A stretch of 29,341 bases of DNA from an uncultured Pseudomonadota bacterium (GTDB lineage Bacteria > SAR324 > NAC60-12). The first letter of the stretch is position 1. Each line of letters begins with the position of its first letter. Below are positions 17,605-26,879 of this stretch, in pieces. The notes beneath the pieces were generated by a model. The model saw nothing but the letters and a program-made list of their open reading frames with translations, had not been told where the DNA came from and searched no databases. Location: assembly GCA_913020725.1 (NCBI GenBank), contig CAJWCD010000028.1, forward strand, positions 1 to 29,341, written 5' to 3'. A program made the position numbers and the translations under genes.

Positions 17605-17997
17605 TCATTCTGCCGTGAGGTCGTTGACCGTGTTCGTGAGGGTTTTGCCTTGGTCAATGGTCCAAGTGTCCAGCGCCGCATCGTCGTCTAGGTTTCCTGT
17701 TGCCGTGGCCACAAAGCTCGTGGCGGTGGCGGTCAAGGTGTAGGAATAAACCACATCGCCTCCGGTTTCAAACTGCACGTCCAAGTCGCTCAAGCTGCTG
17801 GCGTAGGTCCGGTTGGTGGCGAAGTAGATTTTCTGCGCGGTGTAGAGGGCACTGAGGTTGGTCCTAGCCTCGGTCTGCCGTGTGCGTTGGAGGTAGCCCT
17901 CCAAGCTAGGGTAGGCCAAGGCGGCGAGGATGCCGATGATCACCACAACGATCATCACCTCGATCAGGCTGAAGCCATTGCACCGTCTAACGCGCAT
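17605..17997 (-). CDS. Type IVa prepilin (PilA/PilE-like)
   Basis: MRVRRCNG|FSLIEVMIVVVIIGILAALAYP class III signal with G-1/F1/E5; EARTNL..LYTAQK.YF resembles deltaproteobacterial pilins. Confidence 0.92.
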   Translation of the reverse strand: MRVRRCNGFSLIEVMIVVVIIGILAALAYPSLEGYLQRTRQTEARTNLSALYTAQKIYFATNRTYASSLSDLDVQFETGGDVVYSYTLTATATSFVATATGNLDDDAALDTWTIDQGKTLTNTVNDLTAE

Positions 17998-18028
17998 GGA
18001 AGCGAAATGCAAGAAGCGTGATCAGGGG

Positions 18029-18049
18029 AGAATCCGCTGAACGGATTCT
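18029..18049. repeat. 8-bp inverted repeat between nuoN and the pilin gene
   Basis: AGAATCCG-CTGAA-CGGATTCT. Confidence 0.55.
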
Positions 18050-18082
18050 GATGGTACAGGCTTTCAGAGGAAGGCGTTTTTG

Positions 18083-19543
18083 CTAGAAAAGTGTGGACAC
18101 AGAAGAGGCCGCGAGTTCCAGCAGTGTCTGCGGGAACACCCCGAGGTACACCACCGCTGAAGCAGCTCCCACCAGTCCGGTGAGCGCAAACCCCGGCGAT
18201 TCTGTCGTTTCCGAAACCGCACCGTCCGGCACCGAACCTTCGCGCATGTAGAGGTACACCACCACGCGCATGTAGTAGTACACCGACAGTGCGCTGTTCA
18301 GCAGACCAATGATGGTCAACCACACCCAGCCTTCCTCTAAGGCTGCTTGGAAAATCTGTAACTTGCCAATGAATCCTCCGGTGAGCGGAAGCCCAATCAG
18401 TGAGAGCATGAAGACGCTCATCAAGAAAGCCAAGACGGGCTTGTGTCTCGCATAGCCGGCAAGATCATCGTAGGAGTCCGGCGCCTTGCCGAAGTGCCGC
18501 ACGGTCAGGATTCCGAAGGCTCCCGTGCCCATCACGGCGTAGGCACAAGAGTAGAAAATCACGCTGCTGAGCGCTGCTGGCGTCCCAACCACCACGGCCA
18601 CCATGATGTAACCTGCGTGGGCCACCGAGGAATAGGCGAGCATGCGCTTGACGCTGTTCTGCATCAGGGCCATCACATTGCCAACGGTCATAGTCAGCAC
18701 AGCAATCGCCCAGAACAGATCCTTCCAGAGTTCCGCCTCCAGCGGGATGCCCGTGAGCAAGACACGGACAAACATGGCAAATCCTGCTGCTTTCGCCGCT
18801 GCCGAGAGGAACCCCGTCACTGGTGTGGGGGCACCGGAATACACGTCTGGAGTCCACATGTGAAAGGGAACCACCGCAACTTTGAAGCCCATTGCGATGA
18901 TGATGAGTGCAACTCCGATGATCGCAAGCGGGTTGTTCAAGGCACCCGGCTCCTGCAAGGCGGCGACGATTTCCGGAATGCGGATGCTGCCGGTGGCACC
19001 GTACAGCAGAGAAATCCCGTAGAGCAAGAAGCCAGTGGAGAAGGCTCCAAGCAACAGATACTTCAGCGCAGCTTCGTTCGACTCCGGAACTCGGCGGCGA
19101 ATGCCGACAAGGATGTAGCTCGAAATCGACATGATCTCCAGTCCGATGAAGATCACGAGCAGTTCAAGACTGGAGGTCATGAACATCATCCCGACCACCG
19201 CAGTGATGAGCAGCACATAGTATTCGCCAAAACCGATGCCGTGATCTTCGAGATAGTGCAGTGAGAGCAGGACCGTGAGGATGCCGATGACGAGGTAGAG
19301 GGATTCAAAGAGAATCGAAAAACCGTCGGCCACGATGGTGCCATAGAAACCCGTTGCACCGGAATCCAACAACTGACTCTCGGCGACAAGCGCGCACGCA
19401 AACCCAACGATGGTCGTCACCGCAAGGGTCGTGCGTTGTGAACCCGGAGCAAACAAGTCCAGCAGCAGAACCACAAAGGCGACTCCGAGCAGAATCAGTT
19501 CTGGGATGAGGGGAACGAGGTCTGTGGTGGTGACGAATTCCAT
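18083..19543 (-). CDS. nuoN: NADH-quinone oxidoreductase subunit N
   Basis: GEYYVL, FIGLEIMSI, EAALKYLLLG, FKVAVVPFHMWTPDVYSGAP, KRMLAYSSVAHAGY, GLPLTGGFIGK and SVYYYMRVV. Confidence 0.95.
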   Translation of the reverse strand: MEFVTTTDLVPLIPELILLGVAFVVLLLDLFAPGSQRTTLAVTTIVGFACALVAESQLLDSGATGFYGTIVADGFSILFESLYLVIGILTVLLSLHYLEDHGIGFGEYYVLLITAVVGMMFMTSSLELLVIFIGLEIMSISSYILVGIRRRVPESNEAALKYLLLGAFSTGFLLYGISLLYGATGSIRIPEIVAALQEPGALNNPLAIIGVALIIIAMGFKVAVVPFHMWTPDVYSGAPTPVTGFLSAAAKAAGFAMFVRVLLTGIPLEAELWKDLFWAIAVLTMTVGNVMALMQNSVKRMLAYSSVAHAGYIMVAVVVGTPAALSSVIFYSCAYAVMGTGAFGILTVRHFGKAPDSYDDLAGYARHKPVLAFLMSVFMLSLIGLPLTGGFIGKLQIFQAALEEGWVWLTIIGLLNSALSVYYYMRVVVYLYMREGSVPDGAVSETTESPGFALTGLVGAASAVVYLGVFPQTLLELAASSVSTLF

Positions 19544-19601
19544 TCAGTTCCTTCCGACGTGCGGCACGAGGGTTTGGGATCGTGGGATTAATGAGTTTGG
19601 C

Positions 19602-19634
19602 CCGGACGGTGACCGCAGGCGTATCACCGTCCGG
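19602..19634. repeat. 11-bp perfect inverted repeat right after the mmsA stop (mRNA-stabilising hairpin or U-less terminator)
   Basis: CCGGACGGTGA-CCGCAGGCGTA-TCACCGTCCGG; no U-tract downstream on the minus strand. Confidence 0.6.
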
Positions 19635-19640
19635 AAACGC

Positions 19641-21140
19641 TCAGGTGAGGATCGGGAAGTTGAAGACCGCCCCTTCCTTGATGCCAGCGGGCCAGCGAGT
19701 GGTGACCGCCTTGAGCCGGGTGTAGAAATTGACGGATTCCGTTCCATAAATATGGTAGTCCCCGAAGAGCGAACGCTTCCAGCCTCCGAAACTGTGATAG
19801 GCCACGGGCACCGGGATTGGAACGTTTACCCCAACCATACCGACTTGAATACGATTGACGAAATCGCGGGCGGCATCGCCGTCACGAGTGAAGATCGCCA
19901 CGCCGTTCGCGTACTCGTTGCCTTCGATGAGAGCAATCGCGTCTTCATAGCTTTCCACACGGACGGTCGCAAGCACGGGTCCGAAAATCTCCTGCTTGTA
20001 AATTTCCATGTCGGTGCGCACTCGATCAAACAGACAACCGCCGATGAAAAAGCCGTTCTCGCAGCCGGAAACGACAAGATCGCGTCCGTCCACAAGCAGT
20101 TCCGCACCTTGGTCCACTCCACTCTGCACCAGTGAAGCCACGCGGTCGCGCTGCTCGCGGGTGATCAACGGTCCCATTTCCATGCCGGGTTCCATGCCAG
20201 AGCCCACGCGCAAGTCCTTGACCTTCGGAACCAGTCGTTCCATGAGCGCATCGGCAGTCTTCTCGCCCACCGGAACCACCACCGAAATCGCCATGCAACG
20301 CTCTCCAGCCGAACCGTAACCTGCTCCCATGAGGGCATCAGCAACTTGGTCAAGGTCTGCATCCGGGAGGATCACCATGTGGTTCTTTGCGCCGCCGAGA
20401 GCCTGCACACGCTTGCCGCTGTTGGTTCCGCGTTGGTAGATGTACTCCGCAACCGGGGTCGAGCCGACAAAACTGATGCCCTGCACATCCGGATGGTCAA
20501 GCAGTGCATCCACAGCTTCCTTGCCGCCCTGCACCACGTTGAACACGCCGTCCGGCAGTCCGGCTTCCTTGAACAGATCTGCCATCAGCAGCGAGGCGCT
20601 GGGGTCTTTTTCAGAGGGCTTGTGGATAAAGGTGCAGCCGCAGGCGATGGCGATGGGAAACATCCACATCGGCACCATCGCTGGAAAGTTGAAGGGGGTG
20701 ATGCCCGCCACCACACCCAACGGCTGCCGCACCGAATGCGCATCAACCCCAGTGGCGATTTGTTCGTTGAAGGTGCCCTTGAGCAACTGTGGAATGCCAC
20801 AGGCGAACTCGACCACCTCAATGCCCCGGATCACCTCACCCTTGGCATCCTCGAAGGTTTTGCCGTGTTCACGGGTGAGGGTCTCGGCGATTTTATCAGT
20901 GTTTGCCTGCAAAACTTGATTGAATGCGAACATCACCCGCGCACGTTTGACAGGCGGAGTGTCACGCCATGCCGGAAATGCCTCCTTCGCAGCTTGCACA
21001 GCGGTGTTCACATCTGTTGCCGTGGACATGGTCACTTGGGCAATGGCCTCTCCGGTTGCCGGATTAAAAATATCCTGAGTCGAACCTCCGATACTCGCTT
21101 TTCGTGCGCCGTTGATGTAGTTTTCGACTAGAGTGTTCAT
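19641..21140 (-). CDS. mmsA: CoA-acylating (methyl)malonate-semialdehyde dehydrogenase
   Basis: ITPFNFPAMVPMW, KPSEKDP, SFVGSTP, ALGGAKNH, GSAGERCMA (catalytic Cys), EIFGPV and GMVGVNVPIPVP. Confidence 0.95.
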   Translation of the reverse strand: MNTLVENYINGARKASIGGSTQDIFNPATGEAIAQVTMSTATDVNTAVQAAKEAFPAWRDTPPVKRARVMFAFNQVLQANTDKIAETLTREHGKTFEDAKGEVIRGIEVVEFACGIPQLLKGTFNEQIATGVDAHSVRQPLGVVAGITPFNFPAMVPMWMFPIAIACGCTFIHKPSEKDPSASLLMADLFKEAGLPDGVFNVVQGGKEAVDALLDHPDVQGISFVGSTPVAEYIYQRGTNSGKRVQALGGAKNHMVILPDADLDQVADALMGAGYGSAGERCMAISVVVPVGEKTADALMERLVPKVKDLRVGSGMEPGMEMGPLITREQRDRVASLVQSGVDQGAELLVDGRDLVVSGCENGFFIGGCLFDRVRTDMEIYKQEIFGPVLATVRVESYEDAIALIEGNEYANGVAIFTRDGDAARDFVNRIQVGMVGVNVPIPVPVAYHSFGGWKRSLFGDYHIYGTESVNFYTRLKAVTTRWPAGIKEGAVFNFPILT

Positions 21141-21331
21141 GATCCCTTGTTTTTGTTGCCGTGTTTGTTGTTGCTGTCCCGGCTTTGGGCCAAAGCATCA
21201 AGATGTCACAGCCCTCTTCCGCAAGCAAGTCATTTTGGAGGTGTCTTGGAAAGACGGCTTGTGCATGGCTGGGGAAGCAGATACGAAATAGGGGAGAGGG
21301 TTTCCCAAACTAGACTTGAGCAGAAAAACTG

Positions 21332-22519
21332 ATGAAAAAATCGATTTTCACCTACGCCTGGGATGTACTTGAGGAGGGCACGGAAAACGCCTTCGCCCGC
21401 ATCCGCGACCTTGGCGCGAACACCGTGGCTCTCGCCGCGAGCTACCACGCAGGCAAGTTCCTGCGTCCCCGTGCTCCCAAGCGGCATGTGTATTTTCCGG
21501 AGGACGGCACGGTCTATTTCCAGCCCGACCTCTCCCACTACGGCACCCTCCAGCCGCAACCCAATGGACTAGTTGCCGAACGCGACCTCTTCCGCGATTG
21601 GGAAACTCTCAATCCCGGACTCGACCTCACAGCGTGGACCGTCGGCCTGCACAACACCCGGCTGGGGCAGGCGCATCCGCAGTTCTGCTCCCGCAATGCT
21701 TTCGGCGATCCGTACTTCTACAGCCTCTGTCCTGCGTTTCCCGAAGTCCGGGACTACCTCAGCGCACTCTGCCTCGACATCGCCCGTCACGAAGCGGTTT
21801 CGACCATCACCCTTGAAACCCCCGGATGGCTACCTTACTCGCACGGCTACCATCATGAATTTGCACTGGTGCCGTTGAATTCGTGGGCGGAACACCTGCT
21901 CGCGCTCTGCTTTTCGGAAGCCACCTGCAACGCAGGTCGCAAGGAGGGCATTGACATGGCCGCGCTGCAACGTTGGGTTGGCACCCGGTTGGAGCGTTTT
22001 CTCGCCGAACCCCTGGCTCCGGGTGAGCACTTGGCGAGTCCGTGGCTGATAGCGGACCTGCTGGCCGAACCCGAGCTTGTCGCTTACCACCGCATGCGTT
22101 GTCGAGTGGTCACGGATCTCATTCAAGAAATCAGGGAGGTGTTGCCCCGACGAATAAAGCTCCGAGTCACCCTCACCGTGCAGCGTCCCTCCGCCGGATG
22201 CTGGATCGAAGGACACGACCTTGCCGCTTTGGCCAGCGTTGCGGACGGCCTTGATTCCTGCGCTTACCAGTCCGGACCTACCGAAATTTTTGAGGATTCG
22301 TGGGATGTCCGGAACCGTGTTGGTGATGAGACGGATTTGAGTTTTGTGTTACGTCCCGTGCCACCCGACCTCTCCTGCCAAACCGATGTGGTCACGGCAG
22401 TCCAAGCGTTGCGTTCACTGAACCCATCTGGGATTGCGTTCTACAATTATGGTTTTTTGCGTGAAGCCCAACTCGACTGGGTGCAGAATGCTTTTGCCAC
22501 ACTGGATGGGCCTGCATAA
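21332..22519 (+). CDS. Uncharacterised TIM-barrel protein (glycoside-hydrolase-like)
   Basis: FTYAWD, LAASYHAG, AWTVGLHN, LCPAFPEV, GYHHE and FYNYG pattern of alternating beta/alpha units; function not recognised. Confidence 0.7.
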   Translation: MKKSIFTYAWDVLEEGTENAFARIRDLGANTVALAASYHAGKFLRPRAPKRHVYFPEDGTVYFQPDLSHYGTLQPQPNGLVAERDLFRDWETLNPGLDLTAWTVGLHNTRLGQAHPQFCSRNAFGDPYFYSLCPAFPEVRDYLSALCLDIARHEAVSTITLETPGWLPYSHGYHHEFALVPLNSWAEHLLALCFSEATCNAGRKEGIDMAALQRWVGTRLERFLAEPLAPGEHLASPWLIADLLAEPELVAYHRMRCRVVTDLIQEIREVLPRRIKLRVTLTVQRPSAGCWIEGHDLAALASVADGLDSCAYQSGPTEIFEDSWDVRNRVGDETDLSFVLRPVPPDLSCQTDVVTAVQALRSLNPSGIAFYNYGFLREAQLDWVQNAFATLDGPA

Positions 22520-22643
22520 CTCCGTGGTTGCTTGCTCCAGGAAATCGGAATTTGCCTGACTTCCACGCGAGTCCTGCTTACCATATTTAGCGGATGATCG
22601 AGATCATTCTGTCCGTTTTTTGCCAATTTCGAAACCTAGCAAG

Positions 22644-23771
22644 ATGAAACCCCTTGACGGGATTCTGGTCCTCACCTTGGAGCAGGCGGTCGCCGCGCCG
22701 CTCTGCTCGTGCCGACTCGCCGATGCCGGGGCGCGGGTCATCAAGGTCGAGCGGGCCGAGGGCGACTTTGCTCGCGGTTACGACAGCGTGATCCACGGCG
22801 AGAGTGCGTACTTCGTCTGGCTCAACCGGGGCAAAGAATCGGTCATGCTCAACCTCAAGGATCCCGAGGATTTCCAACTGGTTTTGCGTATTTTGGAGCA
22901 GGCGGATGTGCTGGTGCAGAACTTCAAACCCGGTGCCCTTGAGCGCATGGGACTCGATTTGGAGGAACTGCGTTGTCGCCATCCCAAACTCATCACCTGC
23001 AATATTTCCGGATTCGGAGAAATCGGTCCGTTTCGTGACCGCAAATCCTACGATTTGCTCATTCAGGCAGAAAGCGGACTTGCCTCAGTCACAGGCACTC
23101 CGGAGGCTCCGGGGCGGGTCGGCGTTTCGATTGGTGACATTGCCACGGGAATGGTCGCCTACGAAGCGGTGCTGGAAGCCCTGATTGCCCGTGGGATCAG
23201 CGGGCAGGGGCGGGACATTTCCGTTTCCATCTTCGATGTCCTCGCCGATTTCATGACGGTGCCCCTCATGCACTACGACTATGGCGGCAAGGCACCGAAG
23301 CGCATGGGGTTGCGCCATCCTTTGGTTGCCCCCTATGGCGTGTACACCACGCAAGACGGCATGCCGCTGCTCATCTCGATCCAGAACGAGCGCGAGTGGC
23401 CGCAGTTCTGCAAAGTCGTGCTGCAACAACCGGAGCTGGGCGAGGACGAACGCTTCTGCACCAACATCGTGCGCGTTCGCAACCGCCCGGAACTGGAAGC
23501 ACTTATCGCTGCTGTTTTCGCCATCTGTACTCGTGAAGAAATGATCGCTCGGCTGCTGGAATCTGACACCGCCTACGGTGAACTCAATGACATGGCCAAG
23601 CTCTCAACGCATCCTCACTTGCGTCGTGTTCGCGTGGACACCCCATCCGGACCCGCAAATATTCCGGCTCCGCCTGCTCTGGTCAACGGAGAAACTCCAG
23701 TTCTTCTAGGCGTTCCCGACCTTGGCGCACATACGACTCAAGTTCGGCAGGAATTCGGAGGCAAAGCATGA
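22644..23771 (+). CDS. CaiB/BaiF family III CoA-transferase
   Basis: PLDGILVL.LEQAVAAP, LADAGARVIKVE, NRGKES, ADVLVQNFKPG, SIGDIATG (catalytic Asp) and PDLGAHT. Confidence 0.93.
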   Translation: MKPLDGILVLTLEQAVAAPLCSCRLADAGARVIKVERAEGDFARGYDSVIHGESAYFVWLNRGKESVMLNLKDPEDFQLVLRILEQADVLVQNFKPGALERMGLDLEELRCRHPKLITCNISGFGEIGPFRDRKSYDLLIQAESGLASVTGTPEAPGRVGVSIGDIATGMVAYEAVLEALIARGISGQGRDISVSIFDVLADFMTVPLMHYDYGGKAPKRMGLRHPLVAPYGVYTTQDGMPLLISIQNEREWPQFCKVVLQQPELGEDERFCTNIVRVRNRPELEALIAAVFAICTREEMIARLLESDTAYGELNDMAKLSTHPHLRRVRVDTPSGPANIPAPPALVNGETPVLLGVPDLGAHTTQVRQEFGGKA

Positions 23772-24607
23772 ATCACTTTGAGAAGAGATACATCCTCATC
23801 ACCGGTTGCTCCTCCGGAATCGGCTACGATGCGGCAGTCACGCTCAAGCAACACGGACACACGGTCATCGCCACTGCTCGCCAAATGCAGGATGTGGAGC
23901 GGCTCCGGAGCGAGGGCTTGACGTCGTTTCAACTCGACCTCGCGGATTCGAATTCTATCCGGAGCGGTTTCGAGCAAGCACGGGAACACACTGGAGGGCG
24001 CCTTGATGTGCTGTTCAACAACGGAGCCTACGCACAGCCCGGAGCGGTCGAAGATCTCACCCGCGACACCCTCCGGAAGCAGTTTGAGACAAACCTGTTC
24101 GGCTGGCACGAATTGACGACCCTCGTGGTTCCGGTGATGCGCAAGCAGGGCAGCGGACGAATTATTCAGAACAGTTCGATCCTCGGCTTCATCGCCCTCA
24201 AACACCGAGGCGCTTATGTGGCCAGCAAGTTCGCGCTTGAAGGGCTGACGGACACGCTGCGTTTGGAACTGGAGGGCACAGGCATTCACGTCGTCCTCAT
24301 CGAACCCGGGCCGATCCTCACGAAAATGCGCCCAAACAGCCTCAAAGTGTTCGAGAAAAACATCAACGTGGAAGCCAGCGTCCATCGTCCGCACTACGAA
24401 AAAACCTTGGCACGACTCCGCAAGCAAGGTGCGGCGCAGCCCTTCACGCTGCCTGCGTCTGCAGTGACGAAACGGGTGATCCACGCCATCGAAAGTCCGG
24501 TGCCGCAAATCCGTTATCCCGTCACCTTTCCAACGTACTTGTTTGCGGTCCTCACTCGCGTCCTTCCTGATCGCCTACTGGACCGTTTGCTGACCAAGGC
24601 TTCCTGA
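23768..24607 (+). CDS. Short-chain dehydrogenase/reductase (YbbO-like, NADP-type)
   Basis: TGCSSGIG, NNGAY, SS..G, YVASK and IEPGPI; ATGA overlap with the upstream gene. Confidence 0.92.
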   Translation: MNHFEKRYILITGCSSGIGYDAAVTLKQHGHTVIATARQMQDVERLRSEGLTSFQLDLADSNSIRSGFEQAREHTGGRLDVLFNNGAYAQPGAVEDLTRDTLRKQFETNLFGWHELTTLVVPVMRKQGSGRIIQNSSILGFIALKHRGAYVASKFALEGLTDTLRLELEGTGIHVVLIEPGPILTKMRPNSLKVFEKNINVEASVHRPHYEKTLARLRKQGAAQPFTLPASAVTKRVIHAIESPVPQIRYPVTFPTYLFAVLTRVLPDRLLDRLLTKAS

Positions 24608-24629
24608 TCGCCCTTTGCCCATTCAGAAA

Positions 24630-25739
24630 ATGCCTCACCTGATTCAACTCAACCAAGAACCCAACACTCTCGTCGTGGAGTGGTCCGATGGTCAAAGCTC
24701 GCGCTTTCCGCATTTTTGGCTCCGGGACCACGCGACAGACCCGGACAGCTACGACGAGCGCACCGCACAGCGGGAGTTGTTCACGGCGGCGGTGGCTCCG
24801 GACATACAGCCCGAATCTGCCGAACTTGCCGAAGACGGAACGAGTCTGCTGGTGTGCTGGCCCGGAACCGTTGAGCCGTCTTGCTACACGACGGAGTTTC
24901 TTCACGCCTTTGCCGCTCCAGAAGCAGATGGGGAACAGCGATGCCCGCAGTCATGGCACAACGCCACACTGACCACGGAGGCAATCCGCTTGGACTACTC
25001 CGACGTGCTGTCTGACGATTCCGGATTGCAGAGTCTACTGGAAACAATTGATCAACACGGGTTTGCGCTGCTGGCCAATTGCCCACGAGCAGTGCCTGCG
25101 GTGGAGCGACTGGCCAACAAAATCGGCTATGTCCGGGAAACGATTTTTGGCGGGGCTTGGGATTTTGAGGCGAACGAGGCGATGGCTGATTCCGCATTCT
25201 CGCCCAAAGAGGTGCGTCCCCACACGGACGGCACCTACAGCCACGATGCTCCGGGAGTGCAGATGCTACTCTGCCTCGACTACGAGGCCAAAGGCGGAGA
25301 TTCAATCATGGCGGACGGGCTGGAGATCGTGCGGCGCTTGCAAATGGAGACACCGGATGCCTACCGAACGCTCACGCAGGTTCATGTTCCCGGACAGTAC
25401 CGTGGAGACGGGGTGCATCTACTCGCCCGCCGTCCAGTGCTGCGGCTCAGTTTGGAGGGCGAAGTCGTGCAGGTCTCCTTCAACAACTACGACCGCGCTC
25501 CCTTTCGGCTTCCGGATGCGGAAATGGCTGAGTTTTACGAAGCCATACGCGCCTTCGACAGCTTGGCGAACGATCCGCAACTCCAGTGGCGGCACTTGCT
25601 GGCTCCCGGCGAAATGCTGATTTTCAACAACTGGCGTGTGTTGCACGGGCGTGGCGAGTTCCAGGGGCGCCGCCGCATGTCCGGATGCTACCTCAACCGC
25701 GAGGACTTCGAGAGCCGACTGCGGATGCTCCGGGGTTGA
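24630..25739 (+). CDS. Trimethyllysine-dioxygenase-like Fe(II)/2-oxoglutarate dioxygenase (TMLD/BBOX family)
   Basis: N-terminal WLRDH domain, HTDGTY (HxD), FNNYDRAP and NWRVLHGR...RRMSGCY. Confidence 0.88.
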   Translation: MPHLIQLNQEPNTLVVEWSDGQSSRFPHFWLRDHATDPDSYDERTAQRELFTAAVAPDIQPESAELAEDGTSLLVCWPGTVEPSCYTTEFLHAFAAPEADGEQRCPQSWHNATLTTEAIRLDYSDVLSDDSGLQSLLETIDQHGFALLANCPRAVPAVERLANKIGYVRETIFGGAWDFEANEAMADSAFSPKEVRPHTDGTYSHDAPGVQMLLCLDYEAKGGDSIMADGLEIVRRLQMETPDAYRTLTQVHVPGQYRGDGVHLLARRPVLRLSLEGEVVQVSFNNYDRAPFRLPDAEMAEFYEAIRAFDSLANDPQLQWRHLLAPGEMLIFNNWRVLHGRGEFQGRRRMSGCYLNREDFESRLRMLRG

Positions 25740-25788
25740 AACTAGAGACGATGGGCTTTGCTCACAGATCATTTTGAACAGGAATCCC

Positions 25789-26868
25789 ATGAAAGCCGCC
25801 GTTTGCCGAGAATTCGGAAAACCCCTCGTGATTGAGGACGTCGAACTCGCTCCGCCACAAATTGGAGAAGTGCAGGTGAAACTCGCCGCCTGTGCGATCT
25901 GCCACAGCGACATCCTTTACGCCGAAGGTGCGTGGGGTGGGAGGTTGCCCGCCGTGTACGGACACGAAGCCGCCGGGGTGGTGGAAACCATCGGAACCGG
26001 AGTGAGCGGCATTCAGCCTGGAGATCATGTGCTTGTCACACTGATCCGTTCCTGTGGCACCTGTCATTATTGCTCTCAGGGCAAACTGGTGCGCTGTGAA
26101 AGCACCTTCCGGCTCGATGCGCAAAGCCCGCTTCGTGCTGCCGATGGACAGTCCATCGTCCAAGGACTCCGCACCGGTGCCTTTGCCGAAACGGTCGTGG
26201 TGGATGCCTCACAGATCGCTCCCATCCCCAAGGAGGTGCCACTGGATGCCGCTTCGTTGTTGAGTTGCGGGGTGATCACAGGATGCGGCGCGGTTGTCAA
26301 CACCGCTCAACTGCATTCCGGAAGTAGCGCCGTGATCATCGGCACGGGTGGAGTCGGCCTCAACAGCGTTCAGGGTGCAGCGCTTTCCGGAGCGGAGCGC
26401 GTGATCGCACTCGATCTTTCTGACTCCAAGCTGGACGCGGCCCGAAATTTTGGGGCCACCCACACCGTCAATATCAGCAAAGAAAACGCGCAGGAAGCGG
26501 TTTTCGGATTGACGGACGGACGCGGGGCCGATTATGTGTTCGTCACCGTCGGAGCCAAATCCGCCCTTGAGCAGGGTTTCGGATTACTCCGGAAGGGCGG
26601 TGCCTTGGTGATCGTTGGCATGACGGCGGACAATGTCACCATTGCCTTTGATTCCTGCGCGTTTGCCGGAGCTGAACAACGCCTGCTCGGTAGTAAAATG
26701 GGTTCGACTCGGCTGACCGTGGACATCCCGTGGTATGTCTCCCTCTACCAACAAGGACGGCTCAAGCTTGATGAATTGATCTCCGGACGCTACCCACTGG
26801 AACAGATCAACGAAGCCATCGTGGATGTGAAGCAAGGGGAGGCACTTCGCAATATCATCGTCTTCTGA
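25789..26868 (+). CDS. Zn-dependent alcohol dehydrogenase (class III-like MDR)
   Basis: ICHSD, GHEAAG, CGTCHYC...C structural Zn site, LSCGV and GTGGVG. Confidence 0.93.
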   Translation: MKAAVCREFGKPLVIEDVELAPPQIGEVQVKLAACAICHSDILYAEGAWGGRLPAVYGHEAAGVVETIGTGVSGIQPGDHVLVTLIRSCGTCHYCSQGKLVRCESTFRLDAQSPLRAADGQSIVQGLRTGAFAETVVVDASQIAPIPKEVPLDAASLLSCGVITGCGAVVNTAQLHSGSSAVIIGTGGVGLNSVQGAALSGAERVIALDLSDSKLDAARNFGATHTVNISKENAQEAVFGLTDGRGADYVFVTVGAKSALEQGFGLLRKGGALVIVGMTADNVTIAFDSCAFAGAEQRLLGSKMGSTRLTVDIPWYVSLYQQGRLKLDELISGRYPLEQINEAIVDVKQGEALRNIIVF

Positions 26869-26879
26869 CTTTGGACAAT

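Noticed and set aside
18007..18024. Sigma54-like element upstream of the pilin gene (GATCACGCTTCTTGCA, minus strand)
   Set aside because: Lacks the invariant -24 GG and is too close to the start codon.
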